A stretch of 37,554 bases of DNA from a virus (taxonomy: Duplodnaviria > Heunggongvirae > Uroviricota > Caudoviricetes). Of the stretch, positions 18,791 through 28,570 are shown in pieces. A program made the translations under genes and the position numbers. How positions within the stretch are numbered: position 1 is the first letter of the stretch; each line of letters starts with the position of its first letter. The stretch lies in IMG/VR virus record IMGVR_UViG_2695420600_000017; one strand, given 5' to 3'. The notes beneath the pieces were generated by a model. It did not search any database, was not told the origin of the DNA, and saw only the letters and a program-made list of their open reading frames with translations.

Positions 18791-19914
18791 TATTGCATTT
18801 CCTCTTTCATTTTCAGGAACTCGGCTTCGGTTTTACCCAGCAGATGGGCGGCGGCGATATCTTCAGCCGACAGCGCAGCGGTGGCGGTCTTTTTATCCGG
18901 CACGGTTACGGTGTCGGTCTGAAGAGTGGTCAGAGCCGCAACCGGCTGGCGGGCGTCAAGCTGTGCAGAAAGTGCCGCAACACCAATCTGTTGTCCGAGT
19001 CCTTCCATGTATCCGCGTTCGCTTTTGAAAATGCGTCCTTCGGACTCGGCCTTATCCAGCAACTGCTCCAGCGTGGTGCTGCCGTGTTGTGCCGACAACG
19101 CGACATATTCGGTACGCAGGGCGTTATACGTCTCAACGGGCACGTATTTCGTCAGATCAATAGTGCCGCCAGTTGGTGTGCCTTTTGCGGTTTCCAGCTC
19201 TGCCGACAGGCTGGCAACCTGCGTTTTCAGGGTGTCGTGCGCATCCGCACGGGTTTTGATCCCGGTAAGGGCAGACAGCGCCGCCGTGCCCAGTTCCGGT
19301 GTAAATTCGTCACCGTCGGCCACGGTCAGACCGAGCGCCGTCAGCAACTGGCGTAATTGCTCATTCATGGAGGTGTCCTTTAAAGGAGGGTTTAAGGCGT
19401 TATAAAGGTCATCCGCCGACAGTGCGGCGACAGGATTCATGCCAGTCAGACCGGGGTCACCGGTAATAGCCAGCATCCGAAGCTCAACAGGTTCACCGGT
19501 GATTTCGTCATAACCAATCACCGGGGAAAACCAGGGAAATTCGTTATTGCGCAGGTGTTCAATGGCCGGAGGGTTCCAGTCCGGACGCACTTCAAAACCC
19601 CGCTCTTCACTGAAGCGGAAGTTTTCCGGTGAGGCCATGACAAAACCGGCAGCCGGTGCCGGATGCCCCTTAATCAGGGTCTGGTGGTTGTAGTCAATTT
19701 TTACCGGCTGATTGAGCGCCACAACCCGGGATACCATGCGCTCAACGGCCGCATGGTTAATCAGCCAGCCTTCCGCCGGTTTTTCCGGGCGACCGTCACG
19801 GGCCTTTACCCGACCGGCTGGCATGATCTGACACCAGTCACCGTCCCCGTCTGCGGACAGGCTGATGGCATTCAGAATGGCATAAGCAAGTTTGGGCGTG
19901 TTTTTCGTCTTCAT
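18790..19914 (-). CDS. Head maturation protease/scaffold protein (Mu I/gp32-like)
   Basis: 374 aa with an Ala-rich helical C-terminal half; directly upstream of the capsid gene. Confidence 0.8.
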   Translation of the reverse strand: MKTKNTPKLAYAILNAISLSADGDGDWCQIMPAGRVKARDGRPEKPAEGWLINHAAVERMVSRVVALNQPVKIDYNHQTLIKGHPAPAAGFVMASPENFRFSEERGFEVRPDWNPPAIEHLRNNEFPWFSPVIGYDEITGEPVELRMLAITGDPGLTGMNPVAALSADDLYNALNPPLKDTSMNEQLRQLLTALGLTVADGDEFTPELGTAALSALTGIKTRADAHDTLKTQVASLSAELETAKGTPTGGTIDLTKYVPVETYNALRTEYVALSAQHGSTTLEQLLDKAESEGRIFKSERGYMEGLGQQIGVAALSAQLDARQPVAALTTLQTDTVTVPDKKTATAALSAEDIAAAHLLGKTEAEFLKMKEEMQ

Positions 19915-20091
19915 TCCGGCAGCATAAGCCGGTGTTTTTCGGGGCCGGTTTTGCGGGACTTCAGAAAGTGCTGACAGGGGAAAAATGAGAAAGGCGCTTC
20001 ACGCAGATTTTAAAGCCCGTTAAATACAGGTTAGAAAATCACGACACGCGCCTGAAGAGGGTAAGGCAATGCGTTTGTATACCTTAAACCA

Positions 20092-20565
20092 TTACGGCGT
20101 TTCTGTGGCCTTTTTAAAGCGTTTTCTGATTTCGTCCATGATCTCCTGTTCTGCCACCTGATCAAAGCCCATATACGGACGTGCGCCAATGGCCGCCGGT
20201 CCCGGTGGCATACCAGGCAGGCCACCCCACTGATGAATGGCCGCATAAGGTTCATTTGATCCAATCAGCGCCCAGGTATCGCCATAATCCGTGGTCAGGC
20301 GGCGGGCCAGATCGCCGTTCAGTGTCAGGATTTTGCCGGGCGTGTATCCCTTACGGGTACGCCACTTGCGGTAAGGATCTGACCAGTCATGCCAGCGTTC
20401 GCCGTCCGGCTCTTTTTCCTGTTCAAACGCCATTTCTGACGATGACAGAAGACTCTCCGCCACACTGCGGGCCAGGTCTTTTCCGCCGCCCACAAACTGA
20501 AGCCGGGCAAACACCCGCTGGAGACGCGTAACGTCAACAACGACAGCGGCATCAATGGATGACAT
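20092..20565 (-). CDS. Virion morphogenesis protein (Mu G/gp31-like)
   Basis: 157 aa; position and size as Mu gp31. Confidence 0.7.
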   Translation of the reverse strand: MSSIDAAVVVDVTRLQRVFARLQFVGGGKDLARSVAESLLSSSEMAFEQEKEPDGERWHDWSDPYRKWRTRKGYTPGKILTLNGDLARRLTTDYGDTWALIGSNEPYAAIHQWGGLPGMPPGPAAIGARPYMGFDQVAEQEIMDEIRKRFKKATETP

Positions 20566-20686
20566 ATTGCCTCCGCATAAAGGATGAATATAAAATAAAC
20601 AGGCGGTCAGTGTACGCTTAACTGGTAAAGTCGGTGCCTGCCTCCGGGTGGATCATGTATGCGGGTTCGACCCCCGCCACTGACCG

Positions 20687-22018
20687 TTAATCAATTTGTC
20701 CTTCCAGCACCTCAAGCATTCCGCCCCGGATATCCGATTTCAGCTTATCCATATTGATAACCCGATAAGCATTCACAATCACATCCAGTTTGTCGGGCTG
20801 ACGTTTCAGACTGTACGGTGCATTAACGGCAATCTGCACACTGCCATCCTTATTTTCCACGATATACATCAGATTTTTGTGCCGTTTGTCCCACAGCACC
20901 GCTTTTGGCTTTGCCAGCATTGCCGGTAAGCGCCCGAAGTCCTCTGGCATCAGGGCGATGCCGTCATTCTGATGTTTCACACTGTCTGCATGGAGCACAT
21001 TTTTACCGCTCATCGCCAGCAGGCGGGCCGGTGGCGTTCCCGTCCGGCTTTCCACTGCCTGCGCAATGCTTTCAGTCATAAAGCCCAGCGTGCGGATATC
21101 GTTACCACCTCGCCGGGTCTGCATGATGTTTTTTGCCCAGATGCGGAACGCCAGCTGCCGCTCCGGGCTGTTGTTCATCTCCTGAACCACCATTTCCCGT
21201 AACGCCGGGCTTTTCACCTCGATCAGTTTGCGGATCAGCGCCTGGTCTGTGCCGAACGCTGCCGAGCCGGGGTTATATGACCAGCCCACATCCGGTGTCA
21301 TGGTTCTGGTGCCATCTGAATATGTGGTCACCGGCATTTCTCTGACTTCTCCGGTCTGTTTATCCACGCCAGCCTCAACATTGCGGGTGGAGAGATGATC
21401 CTCACCGGATGAAACGGATAACCCCATTGCATCCAGACGAGCCTGAGACAATGGCCGCACACGGCAGCGGCAGTTCCAGCCATTAGGTGGGTAGTGTGTT
21501 TTCCAGAACGGATCGTCATAGCGGAATACCAGACCGTTAAGGGCGGAATGCGACGGGCGGGTACGGCTGTCCATGACCGCCACATACTGCCAGAACGGAT
21601 GCGTGTCCGTGTTGTTCATCATCTGCGTGTAACGCCCGGCATTGTAAGCCACCCGGGTGTTCACGTTGTAAATCAGCGCCAGACGACGGGGACTGCCCAG
21701 TTGCACTTCTTCCGCGTTACCGTCGCTGTCCACCACAATCTGCTTTCCCCACCATCCCAGCTTTTGCAGGCGTGGCGTCAGCGTGCGGATAAATGCTTTC
21801 TGTGAAATTCCCTCATCAATGGCCCGCTGCACTTCGGCCTGTAACGTGGTCACCACATCCAGGCGTGCCGCTTTTGCTGCCGTGAATGAGCGGGCATGAA
21901 CATCCGCGGCTGTTTCGAACCAGTTCCAGCTGATATGCGCCCCTTTGACACGGAAGTATGCTACCGCCTCTTTTGAGGGAAGCGTGGCGGCATAACCTAA
22001 ATCAATCCCCTGTGTCAT
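20687..22018 (-). CDS. Head morphogenesis protein (Mu F/gp30-like)
   Basis: 443 aa directly after the portal gene. Confidence 0.8.
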   Translation of the reverse strand: MTQGIDLGYAATLPSKEAVAYFRVKGAHISWNWFETAADVHARSFTAAKAARLDVVTTLQAEVQRAIDEGISQKAFIRTLTPRLQKLGWWGKQIVVDSDGNAEEVQLGSPRRLALIYNVNTRVAYNAGRYTQMMNNTDTHPFWQYVAVMDSRTRPSHSALNGLVFRYDDPFWKTHYPPNGWNCRCRVRPLSQARLDAMGLSVSSGEDHLSTRNVEAGVDKQTGEVREMPVTTYSDGTRTMTPDVGWSYNPGSAAFGTDQALIRKLIEVKSPALREMVVQEMNNSPERQLAFRIWAKNIMQTRRGGNDIRTLGFMTESIAQAVESRTGTPPARLLAMSGKNVLHADSVKHQNDGIALMPEDFGRLPAMLAKPKAVLWDKRHKNLMYIVENKDGSVQIAVNAPYSLKRQPDKLDVIVNAYRVINMDKLKSDIRGGMLEVLEGQID

Positions 22019-23591
22019 CCAGCATCCCCTTCATTTCCGCAGCAAACATGGCATCACTGAGCAGCGTCATCAGGCGGGAATCATCCATTTCACGATAAAG
22101 GGCAGGCAGGTCTGCCAGCGCATCCGCCAGCCCCCGCGTTCTGATGGCATCAATGACCGGCTCCAGTACCGGGTCGATGGCCTCCTGTAAGCGGCGGGCA
22201 GGCACCGCGTCCCCCATATCATCCAGTTCATCACGCGGCGTGCTTTTCGCTTCCGGCAGTCTGGCTGACAGCGCCGTCTGCTCTGTTTTTTCCTGTTTTT
22301 CCGGTGGTGTTTCCCTGTCGGTCTGAGCCGGTTCATTGCCACTCTGACGGACACGGAATATGGCTTCACCGGGCGTGGGCTGCGGAATACCGGTCTGCTC
22401 ACGTATCCAGGGATCAGAAATATCCATCCCCGTACTGAGCTGCATCACCGCACTGGTGATTTTGGTGATATCACCTGGTTCTTTTGTCTGGAAGCAGATA
22501 CGTGGCAGACGGCGGATATCAATAGTGTGCGTGGTGTTCAGGGCGTACAGCGGATACACCAGATCGCGGTTCAGGGTTGCAGCCAGCTGTCGTAAATCAG
22601 AATCCCTGATTTCCCGGCGCACCTCGTTATGTACCTCACCCAGTGAGCGCGCGCCTTTGTCTCCGGCTTCCGTGGTCAGCGTGCCGCCGAGTATTGCTTT
22701 GGAGATGGAACGCTCCCCCCACGAAATCATGGTTTCAAACGGATCGGCCTGACCGTTCGCTGCCGCCTGAAACTCCAGCGACATCCCGGCCGGGATGATC
22801 CCGCCTGTACGTCGCCCGATATCCATCACCGCCCGCATCAGGGCACTTTTCTGCTCCGGTGTTGCCCCGGACGGGTATTTCCCGACCTTCATCGGCAGGC
22901 CGTACACCTCCAGAAATTCCGCCAGATCGCGCACGGAATAGTTTTTGAAAATGAACGGCCAGATAAGCGTCCGGACAAGCCCGGTTGCACCACCGTAACC
23001 GGTGCGTGAACGCGACTGATGCACTATCCAGCCAAAGGGCTGAAACGCCACCCCGGAATGGCTGCCGTCACGCAGCCGCAGTTCGCTCAAATCATCCGGG
23101 TTAAGGCAGAAATGCCCGCTGTCACGCCAGCGGATGGCGCGGATGATGTGCATTTTACCGAGCATCCCGTGCTCAATTTCCATGCAGGAATAGCCCTTCA
23201 GGATGGCATCCGTGGCGTCAAACAGCATGGCATCAAACCAGTCTGCGGAATGCAGATATTCGTCGAGCATTTCCGCGTCCTTTTTCTCATTCGCGCTGGC
23301 GTTCGGTGGCGGCTCAATACTCCATGGCACCCCTTGAATGGCAAGACGTCGCTTGCCCAGCTCCGCAAAAAGGTGGGTGTCCTTTTCTTCAATATCAGCG
23401 GCCAGATCGGACTGGGCAATCAGATCGCCACGTTCAGCCCCGCGAAGGCACTGCGCCGCCCGGTTCGGGGTGATACCCGAAGCCGGATGTTCAATATAAC
23501 GGCTGGCAATCTGCGGAATATCCAGCGCGGCACTCTGCATCTCCGGGTCAAAGGAGAAAGGTTTTCCGTCAGTATCAATGATGCGTCCCAC
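22002..23591 (-). CDS. Portal protein (Mu gp29/H-like)
   Basis: 529 aa directly after the terminase large subunit gene. Confidence 0.85.
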   Translation of the reverse strand: MGRIIDTDGKPFSFDPEMQSAALDIPQIASRYIEHPASGITPNRAAQCLRGAERGDLIAQSDLAADIEEKDTHLFAELGKRRLAIQGVPWSIEPPPNASANEKKDAEMLDEYLHSADWFDAMLFDATDAILKGYSCMEIEHGMLGKMHIIRAIRWRDSGHFCLNPDDLSELRLRDGSHSGVAFQPFGWIVHQSRSRTGYGGATGLVRTLIWPFIFKNYSVRDLAEFLEVYGLPMKVGKYPSGATPEQKSALMRAVMDIGRRTGGIIPAGMSLEFQAAANGQADPFETMISWGERSISKAILGGTLTTEAGDKGARSLGEVHNEVRREIRDSDLRQLAATLNRDLVYPLYALNTTHTIDIRRLPRICFQTKEPGDITKITSAVMQLSTGMDISDPWIREQTGIPQPTPGEAIFRVRQSGNEPAQTDRETPPEKQEKTEQTALSARLPEAKSTPRDELDDMGDAVPARRLQEAIDPVLEPVIDAIRTRGLADALADLPALYREMDDSRLMTLLSDAMFAAEMKGMLDDTGD

Positions 23592-25255
23592 TACCAGCCC
23601 CCCCGATCAAATTCATGATATGCCTCATCGTCATCACGATAACCGCCCTCCATTGCCCGCGACCGCTCCGGTAGCGCCTGACAGGCTGATTCATCCAGGA
23701 TGAAGCCCTCCATGTATGACGCCCGGTTTGCCATACAGAGCGCCACGGCAAAATCACCATGGCGGCGGGCGTTCGCAGCCGTTGCGTTCTGGTCCTTCGT
23801 GCGCCCCTTGTCGATTTGCGGGATACCATTCACTACCTTCACATGGCGCAAATCATCAAGCGTGGTCTGATGGCGGGCGACGAGGATATTCTGATCTTCA
23901 AACTCGGCTTTCAGTTTTGGCATCCACTCGCCGTACCACTTCGGCGACAACATCACGCAGTCGATGATGTCCGGGCCAAAGGCCAGCAGTGCGGCCTCTG
24001 CCAGATAGCCGCCGTTACCGGTGGCGTCGAACGCCGCACCGACCAGCGCCGGAACGCGGGTCAGGATGTACATCATCACCTGTTCCTGCTGGGCATACGG
24101 CAGGTTGCGCAGCTCCACGCGAAACACCTCGCGCTTTGCCAGGGATTCGGTGATTTCCAGCAGCACAAAGCAGGACAGGTCACCGGTGCGGGCAAAGTCT
24201 TCCCCGAAGCTGAAGCGGGAACGGGGATTTAATTTCTCTAAAAGCGGTTTTAAATGTTCTTCACACCAGGTTAAAACTTCCGATTCACGCAGCCATGCGG
24301 CACGGCTGATGAAGTTGTCCGGGGCTTCAAACGTCAGAATCGGGATGTCGCGGATCATCGCCATTTCAATAAGCGCGTGAGGAATATAGGCACCGCCGGA
24401 TTTTTTCGGGATACAGCCGTATTCCTCGTCGGCATCCTCACGGGTCGGGGCGTTTTTGTAGAGATCATCACGCCATTTCTGCTCGCTTTCCGGTGACCAT
24501 TCCTGATCGGTGACGTAACAGATACGACGGTACAGCCCGTCCGCAATGGCATCATCCAGGGTTATGCGGTGGACGCTGTAATCCTTGCGCCCCTCGCGGG
24601 CTTCCTGAATGTACTGATTAAACAGATTATCGACGCCGTTATGCGTGGAGATAATACGCACGCGCGCGCCCCACATAGTGAGCGCCATTGCCGCCTTGAG
24701 AAGTTCATCCAGCGACTCGTGGAACGCGGCTTCATCAATCACCACATCCCCCTGAAGGCCGCGCAGGTTTGACGGACGGGAAGACAATGCCTGAATTTTG
24801 AATCCACTGTTCGGAAAGCGGATCATGTAGGTCAAAATTTCTTCTTTTTTATCCCGATCCCAGAATGTCTGCTCATACACATCAGCATCTGCCAGCTGGT
24901 TAAAGGCACGGGAGAACAGCGCGCAGGCAGAAATATATTCCAGCGCCATCTCCTGTTTTGACCCCACATAAAACACATTGCGGCCACCACGCCGCTTCGG
25001 TTTTGCAGCGGTAATGACGTTACGCCCGGCTTCCGCCCAGGTAAGCCCGGTGCGGCGGGATTTTTCCGCGATGCAGACCTGACTTTCATCCGCAAACCAG
25101 CGGGCCTGATAATCCAGAAACACCGGCATATCACCGGGCAAATCAAGGCTGTCCGGCACATCCACGCCCAGCAGGGCTTTTTCACCGGACAGATCAATTT
25201 TGCGGGGAGGCGTCATTTGTATCAGTGAAGGAGACTTTTCTTTGGCTTTGTTCAT
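23591..25255 (-). CDS. Terminase large subunit (Mu gp28/E-like)
   Basis: 554 aa; size and position as the Mu large terminase. Confidence 0.85.
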   Translation of the reverse strand: MNKAKEKSPSLIQMTPPRKIDLSGEKALLGVDVPDSLDLPGDMPVFLDYQARWFADESQVCIAEKSRRTGLTWAEAGRNVITAAKPKRRGGRNVFYVGSKQEMALEYISACALFSRAFNQLADADVYEQTFWDRDKKEEILTYMIRFPNSGFKIQALSSRPSNLRGLQGDVVIDEAAFHESLDELLKAAMALTMWGARVRIISTHNGVDNLFNQYIQEAREGRKDYSVHRITLDDAIADGLYRRICYVTDQEWSPESEQKWRDDLYKNAPTREDADEEYGCIPKKSGGAYIPHALIEMAMIRDIPILTFEAPDNFISRAAWLRESEVLTWCEEHLKPLLEKLNPRSRFSFGEDFARTGDLSCFVLLEITESLAKREVFRVELRNLPYAQQEQVMMYILTRVPALVGAAFDATGNGGYLAEAALLAFGPDIIDCVMLSPKWYGEWMPKLKAEFEDQNILVARHQTTLDDLRHVKVVNGIPQIDKGRTKDQNATAANARRHGDFAVALCMANRASYMEGFILDESACQALPERSRAMEGGYRDDDEAYHEFDRGGW

Positions 25256-25503
25256 CAGGCTTTACCTGTCAGAATGCTTTTGATTCGGGACTCAAGCTCT
25301 TCAGTCATCACGTCCACGCCGCTCAACTCATCAGTGGCAGCCTCTGCCAGCAGCGAATGCAGTTGTTCCAGGGATATTTCCCCGGCAATGCTGAGTTCAG
25401 TCAACTCACGACACGCTTTTATGGTTTCAGGAGGTAACTGTGTTGCAAGACTGAATGCCTTCAGATGAGCACTACTCATCAGTGAGCGGTTATCTGTTGC
25501 CAT
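25255..25503 (-). CDS. Small protein (82 aa) whose C-terminus duplicates the C-terminus of the adjacent gp27-like protein
   Basis: ATDELSGVDVMTEELESRIKSILTGKA versus VTDELRGVDGMSEQIEFRIRQMLLGKA in the upstream gene. Confidence 0.45.
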   Translation of the reverse strand: MATDNRSLMSSAHLKAFSLATQLPPETIKACRELTELSIAGEISLEQLHSLLAEAATDELSGVDVMTEELESRIKSILTGKA

Positions 25504-25513
25504 GATTCACCTC

Positions 25514-26095
25514 TTATGCCTTACCCAGCAGCATCTGCCTGATACGGAATTCGATCTGCTCGCTCATGCCATCCACGCCGCGTAACTCGTCGGTGACCGC
25601 GTTCGCCATCTCTTCAGCAAATGCGGCCCGGATTTCTTTTTCACGCTTAATACTGCGCTCGGCGGCACTTTCTGCACGCTGTGCCGACAGGAGGATGTCC
25701 TTGATGAGGCGCATATCCACATCGCTGTCGCTGTTCAGGGATTCGGTGGCGGCACGCAGACGGCGGTACATCAGGGCACGGGACATCTCCAGAATCAGTG
25801 CCGTGGTTTCACCGGTCGGCTTATCCCCCAGTTCGGCCATCATGGCTTTTGTCTGCTCGCGTAAATCACGCAGATTACGGGCAATCAGCTCATTACGGGA
25901 GGCTTCCCGGCTGATGGCCGCCGGTGAAAGCTGCTGCTCTTCCGGCAGGCCTGCCTCACGGATCAGACGGTTGATTTCCTCGCGGATCTGGACCTGCGTC
26001 AGGCGTTTTTCACGCAGCATTTCCAGCAGCGGCTTACGGATGCTGTCGGGGAGCAAATCCACCTTGCGTACACGGCCACGCGTCGGCTTATCCAT
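25514..26095 (-). CDS. Putative terminase small subunit (Mu gp27/D-like)
   Basis: 193 aa, immediately upstream of the terminase large subunit in Mu gene order. Confidence 0.7.
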   Translation of the reverse strand: MDKPTRGRVRKVDLLPDSIRKPLLEMLREKRLTQVQIREEINRLIREAGLPEEQQLSPAAISREASRNELIARNLRDLREQTKAMMAELGDKPTGETTALILEMSRALMYRRLRAATESLNSDSDVDMRLIKDILLSAQRAESAAERSIKREKEIRAAFAEEMANAVTDELRGVDGMSEQIEFRIRQMLLGKA

Positions 26096-26097
26096 CG

Positions 26098-26388
26098 TTA
26101 CCCCCTTGCGCGTGGTTTCTTCACACCCGGAACAGTGGCACGACCTTCCGCCACATCCTGACCCCGGCCGGTCAGTTCAGCGATGAAATAACCGTTAACA
26201 AGCGTGCGCTTACGCACCAGTCCCTGCTCAGCAAGCCAGGCAATGTGGGTGTGAACGGTGTCGCGGGACACGCGGTGGCCGTAATCATCCAGGCAGTCCT
26301 GAAGCACGGACTCGCCCAGTTCGCCGTTGTAATCCGCCAGCGACCGCAGAATGACAAGACGCTGATCTTCAGTAATGAAATCACTCAT
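26098..26388 (-). CDS. Small helix-turn-helix protein (Mu gp26-like position)
   Basis: 96 aa; wHTH-like segment HTHIAWLAEQGLVRKR. Confidence 0.5.
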   Translation of the reverse strand: MSDFITEDQRLVILRSLADYNGELGESVLQDCLDDYGHRVSRDTVHTHIAWLAEQGLVRKRTLVNGYFIAELTGRGQDVAEGRATVPGVKKPRARG

Positions 26389-26692
26389 TGTGTTTTTTCC
26401 TTACAGCCTGCTCCAGCAGCAGTTCGTTCTGGTGGGAGACGGATTTCAGGGTGGCATTGGTGGCCTTAAGCTCACCGCGCAGGGTGGTGATTTCGATATT
26501 GAGTCTGTTCACCTCCTGCTGCGTGGGCAGGCCGGAAATCCGGCTCTCCACCCGCTCAACCCGGTCGGAGAGTTTTTCAAAGGCCTCGCGGGGGACAAAG
26601 GTTTTGCGCATCAGCGCCATAAAGATCCCCCCGGCCGTGGCTGTTGCCGACAGGATCGGCACGACATAATCTTTAACGATGCTGACCCACAT
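26381..26692 (-). CDS. Small membrane-anchored coiled-coil protein (Mu late-region small protein)
   Basis: N-terminal hydrophobic helix PILSATATAGGIFMALM, then a heptad-like charged region. Confidence 0.5.
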   Translation of the reverse strand: MWVSIVKDYVVPILSATATAGGIFMALMRKTFVPREAFEKLSDRVERVESRISGLPTQQEVNRLNIEITTLRGELKATNATLKSVSHQNELLLEQAVRKKHNE

Positions 26693-26900
26693 GACCGGCC
26701 TCCATGATGTTCTGGCAGTTCACACAACGGATGGCATCCGGCACGGCAACCAGACGGGCAGCCGGAATGTCACCCCCGCAGTCCGCGCATACACGCCTGC
26801 CCGGTGTCTCCGCCACCCGGCGCTTACGTGTCAGCCGGTCACAAAGGGCGCGTTCTGTTGCACGCTCCATGACTGCCTGAGCACAATCTGAATCATCCAT
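26673..26900 (-). CDS. TraR/DksA-family C4 zinc-finger protein
   Basis: CADCGGDIP...RCVNCQ four-cysteine motif; start at the ATG at 26898-26900 with an AAGGA/AAAGG SD; about 75 aa like TraR. Confidence 0.65.
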   Translation of the reverse strand: MDDSDCAQAVMERATERALCDRLTRKRRVAETPGRRVCADCGGDIPAARLVAVPDAIRCVNCQNIMEAGHVGQHR

Positions 26901-26910
26901 ACCTTTTTCC

Positions 26911-27282
26911 TTACTTCGTCTTTCCTGCCGGAACAGCAGTCGTTCCGGCCATATCAGTAAATTCATGCTGTCGCTGTGTCTCCAGACGGCGGATGCTGGC
27001 CTTGTCCACGTTGCAGTTTTTAATCACCGCCAGCAGTTGCAGGTTGTAAGTGACCGATGCACCAAACGTGAACGGCTGCGGCGCGGGAGGGACCAGGCAG
27101 TCAGCCAGCCATTCAGCGGGGATCGGCACCGGCGGCACAGGGACGAATTTCACAGACGGCCCGCCGCACCCGGTCAGCCACATCATCAGGCACAGGAACA
27201 GAGGCCGCAGGCACCGTTGCCAGCGACCGGCGGACAATGCTCTGCTGTTCCTCGCTGTGCTGCATGTTCTGCTGTTTTTCAT
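26911..27282 (-). CDS. Putative o-spanin (Rz1-like outer-membrane lipoprotein), overlapping the i-spanin gene; start uncertain
   Basis: Lipobox LTGC after a hydrophobic stretch (LFLCLMMWLTGC), then a Pro-rich segment PVPPVPIP; ORF lies in another frame across the 3' end of the Rz-like gene. Confidence 0.45.
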   Translation of the reverse strand: MKNSRTCSTARNSRALSAGRWQRCLRPLFLCLMMWLTGCGGPSVKFVPVPPVPIPAEWLADCLVPPAPQPFTFGASVTYNLQLLAVIKNCNVDKASIRRLETQRQHEFTDMAGTTAVPAGKTK

Positions 27283-27634
27283 TCGTGGCCGCCTTACTGA
27301 TTTGTGAAATGAGTTGCAGGGTACGTTGCTGGTTTGCCAGCACCAGACGGGCTTCGTCCCGTTCACGCACAAGCACATGATTATTGTCTTCAAGACGCTG
27401 TGTCTTCTGGTGCATTCCCCATACCACGGCAGCCAGCACGCTCATCACCCCCAGCGCCGCCATACACCCTCCGGCAATCAGGGCCGGTAAGGGATTATTC
27501 ACCGCAGCCACAGCACACCCCGGAGCACTACAACGACACACAACAGCGCAATCATGAGTGGTCGCCAGAAGCGGTTCAGACTTTCGGCAAATCGTAGCGA
27601 CACAACCATTCATCCGCCGAACGGCGGGCCTCAA
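27113..27634 (-). CDS. Putative i-spanin (Rz-like: N-terminal TM helix plus coiled coil); start may be internal
   Basis: TM segment LPALIAGGCMAALGVMSVLAAVVW followed by a charged helical region (LEDNNHVLVRERDEARLVLANQQ); directly downstream of lys. Confidence 0.55.
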   Translation of the reverse strand: MRPAVRRMNGCVATICRKSEPLLATTHDCAVVCRCSAPGCAVAAVNNPLPALIAGGCMAALGVMSVLAAVVWGMHQKTQRLEDNNHVLVRERDEARLVLANQQRTLQLISQISKAATNEKQQNMQHSEEQQSIVRRSLATVPAASVPVPDDVADRVRRAVCEIRPCAAGADPR

Positions 27635-28076
27635 GACCGGGGAGTTTTACCCCCTTTGAATAAATCCAGCGGATATACTGCTTACAGGACCCGGGCATCT
27701 GCCCGGCATTGATAAGGCGCAGGAGCGTGGAGTTGCGAAAGTTCGTTTCACCGGCCCAGAAAATCCAGGAGGCCAGCGCCACCGTCTGACCACGGGTAAG
27801 CGGCACCTGAACATGACGATCGATAGCCGCAAAGGCCCATTTCATGTCCTTTTCCAGCAGCTCCAGACATTCTTCATCAGTTTTTGTCATCCCCGGTTTC
27901 ACATCCGGGCCGGTATGGCCGTAACAGATGGTGGGGGTGCCGGTGGGATCAATGTACGTGGTGTTTTCTTTCCCTTCCCAGTAGCCGGTGTAGTGCGTGG
28001 CAATGGTGAACGTCCCGGCTCCGGCCAGAACAAGGGCAATCAGCTTTTTACGCAGGGGTGCGGGGAGTTTTGGCAT
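27576..28076 (-). CDS. lys: Endolysin, T4-lysozyme-like muramidase with N-terminal signal-anchor (SAR-type)
   Basis: N-terminal hydrophobic LIALVLAGAGTFTIA; catalytic E...D...T spacing in WEGKENTTYIDPTGTPT; GETNFRNSTLLRLINAG block. Confidence 0.8.
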   Translation of the reverse strand: MPKLPAPLRKKLIALVLAGAGTFTIATHYTGYWEGKENTTYIDPTGTPTICYGHTGPDVKPGMTKTDEECLELLEKDMKWAFAAIDRHVQVPLTRGQTVALASWIFWAGETNFRNSTLLRLINAGQMPGSCKQYIRWIYSKGVKLPGLEARRSADEWLCRYDLPKV

Positions 28077-28147
28077 TGTTACGCTGTCTCATGGTGTTCT
28101 CTGAGTCAGCGTAACCGTGGGAAAAAGTGGGCAGGATTTGCGGAATA

Positions 28148-28570
28148 TCAGAAAAGCCGTGGCTGCGTGCGTTCCTGATGCAGGCGACGCTGGTTGCGGA
28201 TAACGGAGTAAATCTGCGTCTCTGACATCTGGTAGTGGCGGCGCAGGGTTTCAATTTTTTCGCCCTGGCTCCAGCGGGAAAAAATTTCATTATTGCGCAG
28301 TTCGGTGAAAAGGGATTCACCGACCGGGAGATAATAACCACGCCCGCCCATGTACCCGGCCTGTGCGGCTGCAACCTTACGGGCAAGCATTCCCGCCTGA
28401 GCAGGTTCAATCCCCTGACGGTGCAGTTCAGCACTGATCACATCAACCAGGTCCCGCAGCGTGCCGGGCCAGTTCTTTTTCAGCTCATCATCAGGAATAT
28501 CATCCAGACGGTCAATCAGCGCGTGCAGCTGTTCGCTGTCACCAAACATGCTCATCTGTGTTTCAGCCAT
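28148..28570 (-). CDS. mor: Mor/C-family transcriptional activator (positional Mor; the only member of the family in the window)
   Basis: 140 aa directly downstream of gemA; MFGDSEQLHALIDRL N-terminus and C-terminal HTH (ETLRRHYQMSETQIYSVIRNQRRL) resemble recalled Mu Mor. Confidence 0.7.
   Translation of the reverse strand: MAETQMSMFGDSEQLHALIDRLDDIPDDELKKNWPGTLRDLVDVISAELHRQGIEPAQAGMLARKVAAAQAGYMGGRGYYLPVGESLFTELRNNEIFSRWSQGEKIETLRRHYQMSETQIYSVIRNQRRLHQERTQPRLF

Noticed and set aside
19915-19945. Hairpin CCGGCAGCATAAGCCGG followed by a T-run just upstream of the protease/scaffold gene start
   Set aside because: It reads as a terminator only on the plus strand, where nothing is transcribed; on the coding strand it sits in the 5' leader. 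A role in late-promoter or translational control is possible but not supportable from sequence alone.
20031-20264. 77-aa ORF overlapping the 3' end of the G-like gene
   Set aside because: Out-of-frame overlap with a gene that fits Mu order; no start signals.
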